A stretch of DNA of 64,000 nt from Pseudomonadota bacterium (GTDB lineage Archaea; Thermoplasmatota; SW-10-69-26; JACQPN01; JAJPHT01). The stretch lies in the NCBI GenBank assembly GCA_021325135.1, contig JAJPHT010000014.1, forward strand, positions 1-64,000, in the 5' to 3' direction. The translations under genes were made by a program, and so were the position numbers. Positions 1-9,575 of the stretch are shown piece after piece. The notes under the pieces are model-generated. The model was not told the origin of the DNA, made no database searches, and saw nothing but the letters and a program-made list of their open reading frames with translations. How positions within the stretch are numbered: position 1 is the stretch's first letter; each line of letters starts with the position of its first letter.

Positions 1-639
1 AGCGCGCGCGGCGGCCAGGTGACCGAGACGCTGCGCCACCTCCAGACGCACGACTTCGGGCCGCTCACGACGGACATCCGCCAGCTCTACTCGCGCCTCA
101 ACCTGCGCGTCGACGACGAGGCGGCCTGGGAGTGGTTCGCGGCGGACTGCGGGTCGAACCTCATCAAGAACTTCAGCAGCATGTTCGTCGAGGGCGTGAA
201 GGCCGGCGGCAAGGCCGACCAGATCGGGAAGATCATCTCGGAGAACTTCATCACCATCATCACCCTGCGGAAGTCCCGATATCAGACCGCGGGCAACTTC
301 AAGGGCATGCTCTACGGCCTCGTGGCCGGCATGGCGTTCTCGCTCTACGTGGGTGTCGGCATCGTGGGCATGCTGAAGAAGATCTTCAGCGACATCCAGC
401 TCCCCCCCGACACGCCCTTCGCGAGCTTCCTCCACTTCAGCGTGGACATCGCGCTCATCAGCTTCATGGTCATCGTGCTCATGCTCGCGCACAGCATCGC
501 GAGCGGGCTCATGCTCCACATCGCGGACGGCGGGAACTACTTCCGCACCTACACGGACCTCGTGGGCATGTTCTGGGTCGCGGCGGTGGTGTCCGTCGTG
601 GCGACCTCCGCGCTGGGCTCGCTCCTGGGAGCCGGATAG
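1..639 (+). CDS. flaJ: Archaellum assembly platform protein FlaJ/ArlJ, C-terminal part (5' truncated by window edge)
   Basis: HDFGPLTTDIRQLYSRL..AWEWFAADCGSNLIKNFSSMF..GG..IGKIISENF followed by TM helices, typical of FlaJ (T2SS-F family); frame is open back to base 1. Confidence 0.85.
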   Translation, partial: SARGGQVTETLRHLQTHDFGPLTTDIRQLYSRLNLRVDDEAAWEWFAADCGSNLIKNFSSMFVEGVKAGGKADQIGKIISENFITIITLRKSRYQTAGNFKGMLYGLVAGMAFSLYVGVGIVGMLKKIFSDIQLPPDTPFASFLHFSVDIALISFMVIVLMLAHSIASGLMLHIADGGNYFRTYTDLVGMFWVAAVVSVVATSALGSLLGAG

Positions 640-696
640 CGGTCCGCCCGCGCGGCGCGGGCCGAACGCTTTATCCCGAAAGCGGCATCCGCGGCC

Positions 697-1347
697 GTGA
701 GCCTCCGGGCGGTCATCTTCGACGTGGACGGCGTGCTCGTGCGCTCCATGGAGAACCACGCCGCGGCATACCAGAAGGCGTTCGCCGAGATCGGCGTCGC
801 GATCCGGCCCGAGGAGGTATACGCCAACGAGGGGCGCCGCTCGCGGGAGGTCATCGAGTCGTTGGCGCAGGAGCGCGGCTTGGACCTCTCCGAGGCGAAG
901 CTGGAGGAGATGAACCGCCGCAAGCAGGCGACGTTCTACGCCTTCGGGCCCGCGCCGCTCTATCCTGGCGTGCGCGACCTGCTGGAGCGTCTGCACGCCC
1001 ACGGCCTGCGCCTCGCGGCCGTCACCGGCACGAACCGCGCCAACGTGCACCACCACCTGGGCGAGCTGGTCAACCTCTTCGACGTCCTCGTGACCAGCGA
1101 CGACGTGACCCGCACCAAGCCCGACCCCGAGCCGTACCTCAAGGCGCTGGAGAAGCTCCGCCTCAAGCCCGAGGAGTGCGTCGTCGTCGAGAACGCGCCC
1201 CTGGGCATCCGCGCCGCCAAGGCCGCGGGGCTGCGCGTCGTGGGCGTGCTGACCACGAACCCGCCCGACGTGCTCCGCAAGGCCGGCGCGGACTGGGTCG
1301 AGCCCTCGACCGCCGACGCGTGGAAGGTGCTGGAGGGGCTCGCGTGA
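697..1347 (+). CDS. HAD-IA family phosphatase (beta-phosphoglucomutase-like)
   Basis: FDVDGVL motif I, KPDPEPY, VVENAPLGI; TATA-like CTTTATCC at about 669. Confidence 0.9.
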   Translation: MSLRAVIFDVDGVLVRSMENHAAAYQKAFAEIGVAIRPEEVYANEGRRSREVIESLAQERGLDLSEAKLEEMNRRKQATFYAFGPAPLYPGVRDLLERLHAHGLRLAAVTGTNRANVHHHLGELVNLFDVLVTSDDVTRTKPDPEPYLKALEKLRLKPEECVVVENAPLGIRAAKAAGLRVVGVLTTNPPDVLRKAGADWVEPSTADAWKVLEGLA

Positions 1348-2327
1348 CGAAGGCCACGGCGGAAGCCCGCGCCAACATCGCGCTCATCAAATACTGGGGC
1401 CAGAGCGACCCGCGCCTCAACCTGCCGCTCACGAGCAGCATCTCGATGACGGTGGACAAGCTCGTGACGCGCACCACCGTGGAGCCCGACGCCTCGCTCA
1501 AGGCCGACACGCTCTCCATCAACGGCGTCGCGCAGGCGGGAGCGCCCCTCGCTCGCGCGCAGCGGCACTTGGACCGCCTGCGCCAGCGCGCGGGGAGCGC
1601 CGCCTTCTGCCGCGTCGCCAGCGAGAACACCTTCGCCGCCAGCGCGGGGCTCGCCTCCAGCGCCAGCGCGTTCGCGGCGCTCACCGTCGCGGGCTTCGCC
1701 GCGCTGGGCGCCAAGGTGTCCGAGCGCGAGATGACGACCTTCGCGCGCCTGGGCTCGGGCAGCGCGGCGCGCAGCATCCACGGCGGGTTCGTCGAGTGGC
1801 GCGCGGGCCCCACGCACGAGGCGAGCTACGCGGAGCCCCTCGCGCCCGCGTCGCACCTCGACCTGCACGACGTGGTCGTCGTCCTCTCCGAGGGCGAGAA
1901 GAAGGTGGGCAGCAGCGAGGGGCACGGCCTCGCGGAGACGAGCCCGCTCAACGCCGGCCGCGTGGCGCGGGTCCCCGCGCTCCTCGCCGAGGTCCGCGAA
2001 GGCATTCTACATCGTGATATCAAGAAGCTGGGCCGCGCCGCGCAGGAGGACGCGCTCCTCATGCACGCCGTCATGATGACCTCGACGCCCAGCCTCCTCT
2101 ACTGGACGCCGGGCACCGTGGCGGGCCTGCACGCGGTCCGCCGGTGGCGCGAGGAGGGGCTCATGGTCTACGCGACCATCGACGCGGGCCCCAACCTGCA
2201 CCTGCTCTGCGCGGGCCGCGACGCGCCAGAGGCCGCGCGCCGCGCCCGCGAGGAGCTTGCCCCCGCGGCGCTCCTGGACAACGCTCCGGGCGAGGGCGCG
2301 AGGCTCGTCGCCGCTCACCTCTTCTGA
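1344..2327 (+). CDS. mvaD: (Di)phosphomevalonate decarboxylase, GHMP family
   Basis: ANIALIKYWG, GLASSASAFAAL, RLGSGSAARS, TIDAGPNLH; GTG start overlaps upstream TGA (GTGA). Confidence 0.9.
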   Translation: MTKATAEARANIALIKYWGQSDPRLNLPLTSSISMTVDKLVTRTTVEPDASLKADTLSINGVAQAGAPLARAQRHLDRLRQRAGSAAFCRVASENTFAASAGLASSASAFAALTVAGFAALGAKVSEREMTTFARLGSGSAARSIHGGFVEWRAGPTHEASYAEPLAPASHLDLHDVVVVLSEGEKKVGSSEGHGLAETSPLNAGRVARVPALLAEVREGILHRDIKKLGRAAQEDALLMHAVMMTSTPSLLYWTPGTVAGLHAVRRWREEGLMVYATIDAGPNLHLLCAGRDAPEAARRAREELAPAALLDNAPGEGARLVAAHLF

Positions 2328-3595
2328 GCGCGGCGCGAGAGGAAGAGGCCGGCGCCCGCGCCCGCGACGCCGCAGCCCAGGACGAAGGCGTAGCCGCCCA
2401 CGGGCGCGCGGGCCTCGTGGGACTGCACGACGAGGGGCGTCTCCTGGGAGGGGGGCGTGGGGGCGGTCCGCAGGGGGGCCGCCGGCGCGGGGGCGGGGGT
2501 CGGGAGGGGCGCGTCGTCCGCCTGGCAGCGCGCCGGGACGTGCAGGCCGACGGGGAAGCTCATGCGCCCCGACGTGGCGCCCGCGGTGCCCTCGGCGATG
2601 GCGCTCACCTCGATCCGGTCCGTGAAGTACCCCACGAGGTCGGATTCCCCCACGAGGATCGTCAGGCGGAACGTCGCGGTGGACGTGAAGGCCCCGGATG
2701 CGTCGGCGAGGGGGGGCGGGTTGGGGAACACGCCGTCGGCGTGGTCGAGGACCACCGTCGCCCACGCGGGCGCCTTGGTGACGCTGAGGTGATAGCCCAC
2801 GCCGATCAGGTTGGCGTATGCGGTCGGGTCGGTCTCCAGCGTCATCTGGTCCGCGACCGTCGTGACGTTGCCGGGCACGAGGGGGTCCGGAAGCGAGACG
2901 CTGCCGATGACGACGACCCCGCTCCTCTGCGCGCTCGCGGCGGGCAGGGCCACGGGGAGCGCGAGGAGGGCGAGGAGCGCCAGCGAGCCGGCGGCGCGGG
3001 GCGCGCGCAGCGCCAGGGCGAAGCCCAGGCCCGCGGCGGCCAGCGCGCCCGCGGCCCATGCGCCCCACGCGCCCCCCGTGACGACCGCGCTGGCGTCCTG
3101 CGTGCGGAGGGGCGTAGTGCCGGGCGGGCAGGGCGCGTCGCCCGTCGTGACCATGAAGGGGAGGGACCCGCGGCCGCTGAGCGAGCCCATGCTGGTCTGC
3201 GTGATGGCGGTGATCTCCACGACGCCCGGCAGCGGGCCCTGGGGGGCGAGGTCGGAGTGGATGGCGACGTGGACCTTGATGGGGCGCGCGCTCTCGAAGT
3301 CCGCCGCGGACGTGGGGGCGTGGGCCGGGAAGAAGTCGGTCTCGGGGCTCACCGTGACGGTGGCCCACGCGGGGGCCTTGCTGACGATGTAGGTCACGGG
3401 GACGCCGCCCAGCGACGCGTAGGCGGTGGGGTCGGCGATGAACGTGGCCGTCCCCACGACGTCGACCTGGTCGCCGGGGGCGAGGGCGTGGCGGGGCGGG
3501 TCAAGCTGGATGACGATGGCGCCGGCCTTCTGGGCGAGGGCGGCGGGGGCCGCCAGGAGGAGGGCGAAGAGGGCGACGAGAAGCGCGGCGCGCAT
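2315..3595 (-). CDS. Membrane-anchored surface protein made of two homologous units
   Basis: Signal peptide; duplicated DPTAYA..V(S/T)KAPAWATV..D..FP; internal TM plus second signal-like segment; C-terminal TM and basic tail. Confidence 0.7.
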   Translation of the reverse strand: MRAALLVALFALLLAAPAALAQKAGAIVIQLDPPRHALAPGDQVDVVGTATFIADPTAYASLGGVPVTYIVSKAPAWATVTVSPETDFFPAHAPTSAADFESARPIKVHVAIHSDLAPQGPLPGVVEITAITQTSMGSLSGRGSLPFMVTTGDAPCPPGTTPLRTQDASAVVTGGAWGAWAAGALAAAGLGFALALRAPRAAGSLALLALLALPVALPAASAQRSGVVVIGSVSLPDPLVPGNVTTVADQMTLETDPTAYANLIGVGYHLSVTKAPAWATVVLDHADGVFPNPPPLADASGAFTSTATFRLTILVGESDLVGYFTDRIEVSAIAEGTAGATSGRMSFPVGLHVPARCQADDAPLPTPAPAPAAPLRTAPTPPSQETPLVVQSHEARAPVGGYAFVLGCGVAGAGAGLFLSRRAQKR

Positions 3596-3792
3596 GGGGA
3601 TCGGCCTGGACCGCTCCACGGGGGGCATCCCCTTTCTGGATGCGCCGCTTTCGAGATGATGCTAGATCGTGTTTCCCGAGCCCCGCGACGTGCTGGCGCC
3701 GGTCGAAGCGGTGGGGAAGAAGACGTTGGGGAACGCGCGCGGCAGAGCGCCTCCGCCGCGCGGATGACGAGGGCGTTCTTGTGAGAGACGCC

Positions 3793-4596
3793 CTAGTTGC
3801 CGGTGGCGCTGGAGATGTGGCTGGCGACGTACTGAGCGTTCACGTCAACCGTGTGCCTCACGTCCTCCACGGCCAGGCCATACACGCACGAGGGCGCCGG
3901 CGACAACGGGTCAAACCAAAGGAAGCAGACGTAGGGTCCGGGAACGCAAGGCTGCCCGGGCTCCACGTAACCGCAACCGTCGGGGGGCGGGGTGAAGTTG
4001 CAATATGCAGCGTTTTCGGTGGGCGGGCACTCTCCACCCAGCTGGAATTGGCCTGTGGGGTCCGCGGTGGGAGGGTAGGGCGTGGGGGTCGAGTCCAGGG
4101 TGAGGATCGCCTGGGAGGCCGTTCGGCCGCTGAACGCCACGTAGGTGACGGCGAGCCCTTGCGCGGTGAGGAGGGTGGCCGGAGGATCGCAGAAGTCGAC
4201 TTCGTAGCCCTGTTGGGGCGGGTCGCCCATGATCTGGGGGCTCTCGCCGGTCACGTCGGGGAGGTGGCCGCAGGCGCTCTGGCAGGCCTGCGCCGCCATG
4301 ACGCAGGGCGGGGGCGGCACGTCCGTTAGAGTGGTCAGCCAGTATTCTTGGCAGAAGTCGGGCAGACCGTTGCAAAGGCAGGCGTCCTCCGAGTCGGACG
4401 TCTCGCACACCAGGACCTGACCCGGGGAGATGCATGTCGAGGTGTCGCAGTGCCCGCAGGCGTCGCCCGAGTTGACCACGCACGTGCCGGGATCGTCCCC
4501 ACTCGAATCTGTGGCGGCCACTGCCAAGACCGGCGGGGATCCCAGGATTGCCACGAGGAGAAGCGTGCTTGCAAGAACGAACCGCGACCGGATCAT
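3793..4596 (-). CDS. Secreted cysteine/proline-rich hypothetical protein
   Basis: N-terminal signal peptide, many Cys, locally lower GC. Confidence 0.6.
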   Translation of the reverse strand: MIRSRFVLASTLLLVAILGSPPVLAVAATDSSGDDPGTCVVNSGDACGHCDTSTCISPGQVLVCETSDSEDACLCNGLPDFCQEYWLTTLTDVPPPPCVMAAQACQSACGHLPDVTGESPQIMGDPPQQGYEVDFCDPPATLLTAQGLAVTYVAFSGRTASQAILTLDSTPTPYPPTADPTGQFQLGGECPPTENAAYCNFTPPPDGCGYVEPGQPCVPGPYVCFLWFDPLSPAPSCVYGLAVEDVRHTVDVNAQYVASHISSATGN

Positions 4597-4672
4597 GCAG
4601 CCACCGCCAACCCCGATGGCCTTGCCACGTATAGACGCAGGCAGGGGAACGCTTGCCTCGACCGCTCGGCAG

Positions 4673-5458
4673 CTACCAGTCAGCGAGGCTCTTCTGGCCC
4701 GCCTTGAGGAGGTCCGCCGCGCCTCGGCGCAGCTTGTCCCAGTCCAGCTCCCGGTATTCCAGCGAGAGGTCCGCGAGGTACTTGCGCGCGGTGTCGCTGA
4801 CCTTGGGGGCCACGAGGATGCCGCGCACGGGCGTCTCGCCCCGCGCCGCCCGCTCGCGCTCCACGTAGCGCCGCAGCTGGTCCGCCTCCTTGACGCCCGC
4901 CGCGCGGCGCTTCACCTCGACGACGACGCGGCGGCCCTGGGCGTCCTCGCCGTAGAGATCCATGGGGCCGCGCCCCGAGGCGCGCTCGCGGCGCCAGAAC
5001 CTGAAGCCCGGCTCGATGAGCTGCGGCCGCGTGGCGAGGAACGCCTGCAGGTCGTCCTCGCTGCCCGCGAGGTCCAGCTCCACGCCGTCGTCCAGGCCCA
5101 GCGAGAAGACGAGGTGGACGGCCTCCAGCGCGATGCGCACCGTCTCCCGGGGCTTCTCGCGGCTGGCGGTGATGACGAGGCTCTCGCCCTCGCGGCTCGC
5201 GCTGAACGTGCAGCCCGGCGGCTGCCAGTTGACGGGCTTGAGCTTGGTCGAGGTGTGGACGAGGAGCGTGCCGTCGGGCTTGAAGATCATGAGGCGCTCG
5301 CCGCTGCCGAGCCTGCTCTCGGCGCGCCCTTGGTAGTCGATGCTGCACCGCGCCGCGACCTGCACCATGCGGTGCCCAAGCTCGTGGCGCAGGAACTCCA
5401 CCGCCGCTTCGGGCGTGAGGTCGCGCAGGACGCGGGCGCCGCTCACGAGGGGGCCCAT
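4673..5458 (-). CDS. nucS: Mismatch-specific endonuclease NucS/EndoMS
   Basis: CSIDYQGRAES.L..GERL..FKPDGTLLVH, KPVNWQPPG, GSEDDL, D..VVVEVKR, QLRRY, RGILVAP. Confidence 0.95.
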   Translation of the reverse strand: MGPLVSGARVLRDLTPEAAVEFLRHELGHRMVQVAARCSIDYQGRAESRLGSGERLMIFKPDGTLLVHTSTKLKPVNWQPPGCTFSASREGESLVITASREKPRETVRIALEAVHLVFSLGLDDGVELDLAGSEDDLQAFLATRPQLIEPGFRFWRRERASGRGPMDLYGEDAQGRRVVVEVKRRAAGVKEADQLRRYVERERAARGETPVRGILVAPKVSDTARKYLADLSLEYRELDWDKLRRGAADLLKAGQKSLADW

Positions 5459-5519
5459 CCCTGGGGGGGCGAAGAAGGTTTGGTCGGGCGCGGTTTCGCC
5501 TCTTCAAGATCTCAGGCGC

Positions 5520-6098
5520 CTACGTCAGCGCGAAGTCGCGGCCGTAGCCCACGTCGGGGGCTCGGTCGCGGAACCAGAGGGAGCCGCCGCCGCTCTTAAA
5601 GTTCGGGTCCGTCGTGCTGATCGCCAGGAGGCTGCTGGCGATCGTATGCCGCAGGACGGTGCTGCACCCGACCGCGGCGAGGGCCGAGCGGGGCACCTCG
5701 ACGTGGATCAGGTTTCCATCCACGCTCGCCTGCAGGTGAGCAGGATAGAACTCCAAGGTGCCACCGATGAAGTTCGGAGACTCCTGGACGTAAGCGTCGA
5801 CCCCGAGCAGGGTCCCGTTGCAGTCGAAACCCATGCTGAAACCCAGGGCTTCTGGCGACTTGAATCGGTGGGAAGCGTTGACGACTTCCCATGTGACTTC
5901 GATGGTGGTTTCGTTCATATCGAACCAGGCGGCGACGAGGTTGATCTCGGGCGCGTCCAGCGTCGTGTCCCCGCGCAGCGCGCCGTAGGCCGCGTCCAGG
6001 AGGGGTGGGCTGTCCACGATCTCAGGGTCCGCCTGCGTGCCCGCATGGACGAGGGGCAGGAGAACGAGCAGCGCGAGGACGACGACGGGGAGGCGCAT
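5520..6098 (-). CDS. Secreted hypothetical protein
   Basis: Signal peptide, AGTQADPEIVD start, ends DRAPDVGYGRDF; beta-rich. Confidence 0.65.
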   Translation of the reverse strand: MRLPVVVLALLVLLPLVHAGTQADPEIVDSPPLLDAAYGALRGDTTLDAPEINLVAAWFDMNETTIEVTWEVVNASHRFKSPEALGFSMGFDCNGTLLGVDAYVQESPNFIGGTLEFYPAHLQASVDGNLIHVEVPRSALAAVGCSTVLRHTIASSLLAISTTDPNFKSGGGSLWFRDRAPDVGYGRDFALT

Positions 6099-6102
6099 GG
6101 GA

Positions 6103-6861
6103 TCACTGGCAGAGTGTCACGAGAGTTTGCCCGTGTTGGATGCCGTCGATCTTGATCTCGGTGGTCACGGTGAGCGGCAGGCCCTGCGAGCGTGCATAGC
6201 GGCAGAGGTTGGACTCGTCCCCGTAGGCCCAAGTCGTCTTGAGGAACGTGACGGAGGTGTCGCCCGTCTTCGCGGCGAAGGGGTCCTGAACTTCAGGGAC
6301 CGGCAGGAAGGGCGAGTCGGCGCAGCCCTTGGAGAAGACGTGCGTCTCGCTGGGCACGTCACCGTAGAAGCCCACCGGCGGGTTGTAGAGCACCTCCAGG
6401 CGGACGTCGTGGCACCCCATGAGCGCGACGCGCACGCTCTGGCAGATGATCCCCAGGCTGTCGCAATCGGCCTCGTGGACCAGACAGGGCGACTCGTCGA
6501 CGGGGACGGTGCTGAAGCACTCCCCGCCGGCCCACGCGTCGGTCGCGGTCTGAAGCTCGACGTAGCCCTCGGATTCGGCGCCGAGGCCCACGGGCTCGTA
6601 GCCGGTGGAGGTCGCCTCGAAGACGACGCCCGTGACAGGGTCCAGGAACTCGTCGTCCGGGATGGGCGCCGCGCCCGCGCTGCCGGCGCGGGTGGCGTCG
6701 AGGCAGCGCGTGGGCGACGCGGAATGGGGCGCGACGCCCTGGTCCAGGTACGAGAGGCAAGGCGAGTAGACGAGGGCCGCCTGGGCGGGCAGCGCGACGC
6801 CGCCCAGCGTGGCGAGGATCGCGAGGGCGGCCATGAGGCGAGGCAGGAGGTTGCGAGCCAT
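6103..6861 (-). CDS. Secreted Cys-containing hypothetical protein
   Basis: MARNLL.. signal peptide with AQA site; lies 4 bp upstream of the next gene. Confidence 0.6.
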   Translation of the reverse strand: MARNLLPRLMAALAILATLGGVALPAQAALVYSPCLSYLDQGVAPHSASPTRCLDATRAGSAGAAPIPDDEFLDPVTGVVFEATSTGYEPVGLGAESEGYVELQTATDAWAGGECFSTVPVDESPCLVHEADCDSLGIICQSVRVALMGCHDVRLEVLYNPPVGFYGDVPSETHVFSKGCADSPFLPVPEVQDPFAAKTGDTSVTFLKTTWAYGDESNLCRYARSQGLPLTVTTEIKIDGIQHGQTLVTLCQ

Positions 6862-7044
6862 GAAGGTTTCACCGTTCACCGAAGGGGGGACAAACAGGTC
6901 CCGCCGGCCTAACACATCAGATGAAGATAACAGTAACGGAGTTTCTTGGAGGCGCCCTGTGAAATCGGGGGAATCCAGACCATCTGGGGTGCCGGTCCAG
7001 GAGCGTGATGCATGAGCCCGCGGGAAGGCGCGTGCTTCGCCCGG

Positions 7045-7839
7045 TCACGGAGCCCTGGCAGGCCCGCGTCGGCCGCCGGCCCGCGAGGGCGGCATGACCC
7101 ACATCACGTCCCACCCCTTCTTGCGGGCGTGCATCTGGAGGCGCAGCGTGGGGTTCACCGCGACGGGGTGCCCCACGGTGGCGAGGAACGCGACGTCGGA
7201 GTAGTGGTCGCTGTACGCGTAGCTCGCCTGGAGGTCGATGCCGTTCTGCGCGGCATACGCGCGCACCGAGGCGGCCTTGTGGACGCCGTAGAGGGGTCCG
7301 TCGACGCGGCCCAGGTAGTGCCCGTCCTCCGAGAGGCGCATCTTGACGCCGATGACCTCCAGGTCCTCGCCCAGCGCGCGGCGCGCGTTCTGCACCAGCT
7401 CCTGGAGGCCCGTCGTGACGATGACGATGCGGCGGCCCGCCTTGCGATGCTCCGCGAGGACCTCGCGCATCCTCGGAAAGAGGCGCTCCTGGAGGCGCTC
7501 GTTCCAGACGCGCTCCATCTCGCGGCTCATCTCCTCGGCGCTGAAGCCTTCGAGGAAGGTGTAGCTCAACTCCACCATGCGGCTGCGCTTGAGCAGGCCC
7601 AGCACGTTGAGGCTGCGCCACGCGGCGCCCTTGGCGATGATCTTCGCGGCGTTCATCTGGACGTGCCGCTCGTAGCGGCGCCGCTCGGGGCTGCCCACGG
7701 GGAAGCGCACCGCCTGCTGCCACATCCAGTCCAGGAGGGCCCAGCCGAAGATGACGCCCGCGTCGCCGTGGAGGAGCGTCTTGTCGAAGTCGAAGAAGGC
7801 GGCGGCCCGTGCTGGCGCGGCGACCTCCTCGGCAGGCAT
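7045..7839 (-). CDS. HAD-IB family hydrolase (SerB-like)
   Basis: AFFDFDKTL, IVTTG, K..V, YAYSDHYSD, VAVNP. Confidence 0.9.
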   Translation of the reverse strand: MPAEEVAAPARAAAFFDFDKTLLHGDAGVIFGWALLDWMWQQAVRFPVGSPERRRYERHVQMNAAKIIAKGAAWRSLNVLGLLKRSRMVELSYTFLEGFSAEEMSREMERVWNERLQERLFPRMREVLAEHRKAGRRIVIVTTGLQELVQNARRALGEDLEVIGVKMRLSEDGHYLGRVDGPLYGVHKAASVRAYAAQNGIDLQASYAYSDHYSDVAFLATVGHPVAVNPTLRLQMHARKKGWDVMWVMPPSRAGGRRGPARAP

Positions 7840-7888
7840 CGGGCCCCGCGAGGGCGCTTTTCTGCTGTAAGGGTTTTCGCAGGCCAGG

Positions 7889-8055
7889 AGCGGGGGGTTC
7901 GGGGGGCGCAGCCCCCTGACGTCGTCTCGTCGTCTCCGCCGCGCCGCAGCGCCGCCAAAATGGGGGGTTTCAGGGGGGCGAGCCCCCCTGACGTGAAGTC
8001 CCGTTCCGGCAGACGATCAAGACGTCAGGGGGCTGCGCCCCCCGAACCCCCCGCT
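7889..8055. repeat. MITE/REP-like element with perfect 35-bp terminal inverted repeats and a third internal degenerate copy
   Basis: AGCGGGGGGTTCGGGGGGCGCAGCCCCCTGACGTC at 7889-7923, exact reverse complement at 8021-8055; variant at about 7962-7994. Confidence 0.8.
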
Positions 8056-9527
8056 TGTGATCCCGGCGTCCAGAGCATCAGCTCCCGCCCTTCGGTGCGC
8101 CCGTGGAGGCGCCCCGCCGCCGCGAGGCGCTTGAGGTGGTAGTGGAGCGCCTGGCGGCTCACGCCAAGCTCGCGCGCCAGGGCCGACGCGCTCACGCGGC
8201 CCCGCTCGTGGACGAGGGCGACGACGCGCTCCGGCAGCGGCGGCGCTCCGGGCGCCGCGCCCTGCGCGGCCACGTAGAGGCGGCGGCGCTGGCCGTCCGC
8301 GACGATGCGCACCTGCCCCGCCACCACGAGGCGGTGAAGGTGGTGGTCGAAGACGCCCCGCGCGAGGCCCAGCCGGCGCTGAAGCTCCCGCATGCTGACA
8401 CCGGGCTCCTGCCCGATGGCCTCCACCATGCGCGCTCGCGTCGGGTGCTCCAGGAGCTTCGAGGGGGCGAGGCGGTGGTAGAGGGCCGCGAAGGCCAGGG
8501 GCCACCGGCGGCGGGCCCACGCCAGCGCGAGCCCCGCGGCGCCCGCCAGCGCGGCGGCGATCGCCCACGGCGCGAGGGAGGGGGGCCGCGCCGCGAGGAC
8601 GGGGGGCGCGCTGGCGGCCAGCACGCGGACGGGCGGCTCGACGCGCACCGCGAAGGGCGCCGTGGCGTTCCCCGCCTGGGCCCGCGCCGCGAGCGTGGCG
8701 TTCTCCACGGCGCCGGGGAGGGCGTCCACGCGGAACGAGTAGACGCCGCCTTCGCGGGAGAGGAGCGTCGAGGCGAAGCCCGCGGGGAGCGCCAGCGTCA
8801 CGGGCACGAGGTCCGTCTCCACCACGGTGAGCGTGCCCGAGCCGTGGGGGGCCAGCACCAGGAGCGTGGGGTCGACGCCAAGCTGCCGCGGCGACTCCGG
8901 GGGGCGCGGCGCCGGGGGCGGCGCCTCGTCGCGGGCGGGGGCCGGCGCGGCGCCTTCCGTCACGGGGGCGTCGTCCTGCGGCGCCCCCTCCACCGCGGCA
9001 GGGGGGCCCTCGGGGGCGGGGTCCTGCCGCGGTGGAGGGGGCGAGGCGGCGGGCGCGGTGGCGTTCTCCTGGGGCGGCGGCGCCGTCGCGTTGGCGCTCT
9101 CCTTCTCAGGCTCGGGGGGCGCCTGGAAGACGTGGACGACGTAGACGACGTCGTTGGAGGTGGCGTTGGAGGCGGTGTCCTGCGCGCGCATCACGACGCG
9201 GTGGTCGCCCGCCGGGGTGGCGTTGGTGACGCCGAAGGTGACGGTGAAGGCGACCGGCCTCCCCGGGACCACGGGGGACTGGCCCGCGGGGGAGGCCGAG
9301 ACGGTCACGTCGGTGGGGTCCACGACGAGGGACACGAGGGCGGGGGCGACGCCTATGTTCGACACGGTGATGGTCGCGTTGGCCGTGAGGTTCCACGTCG
9401 CGTTGCCCCCGCTGCTGTCGATCTGCGCGACGAGGGTGGGGGTCGTCTGGGCCGAAGCCCCGGGGACCCCCCAGACGAGGGGGGCCCCCAGGAGGGCCAG
9501 CACGAGCAGGGCGCGACGCAGGGGCAT
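8025..9527 (-). CDS. Membrane-spanning protein: extracellular beta domains plus Pro-rich linker, TM, cytoplasmic tandem winged-HTH (COG3398-like)
   Basis: Signal peptide; TM WAIAAALAGAAGLALAW; LLEHPTRARM..I..EPGVSMRELQRRLGL..FDHHLHRL; second HTH SALARELGVSRQALHYHLKRL. Confidence 0.8.
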   Translation of the reverse strand: MPLRRALLVLALLGAPLVWGVPGASAQTTPTLVAQIDSSGGNATWNLTANATITVSNIGVAPALVSLVVDPTDVTVSASPAGQSPVVPGRPVAFTVTFGVTNATPAGDHRVVMRAQDTASNATSNDVVYVVHVFQAPPEPEKESANATAPPPQENATAPAASPPPPRQDPAPEGPPAAVEGAPQDDAPVTEGAAPAPARDEAPPPAPRPPESPRQLGVDPTLLVLAPHGSGTLTVVETDLVPVTLALPAGFASTLLSREGGVYSFRVDALPGAVENATLAARAQAGNATAPFAVRVEPPVRVLAASAPPVLAARPPSLAPWAIAAALAGAAGLALAWARRRWPLAFAALYHRLAPSKLLEHPTRARMVEAIGQEPGVSMRELQRRLGLARGVFDHHLHRLVVAGQVRIVADGQRRRLYVAAQGAAPGAPPLPERVVALVHERGRVSASALARELGVSRQALHYHLKRLAAAGRLHGRTEGRELMLWTPGSQAGGSGGAAP

Positions 9528-9575
9528 GGAAGGCGGTCTCCTCCGCTCACGGGGTCTTGAGCCTTGGGGCGCGCC

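Noticed and set aside
132-1343. N-terminal extension of the MVD ORF suggesting a fusion
   Set aside because: Overlaps flaJ and the HAD gene out of frame; the real start is the GTG at 1344
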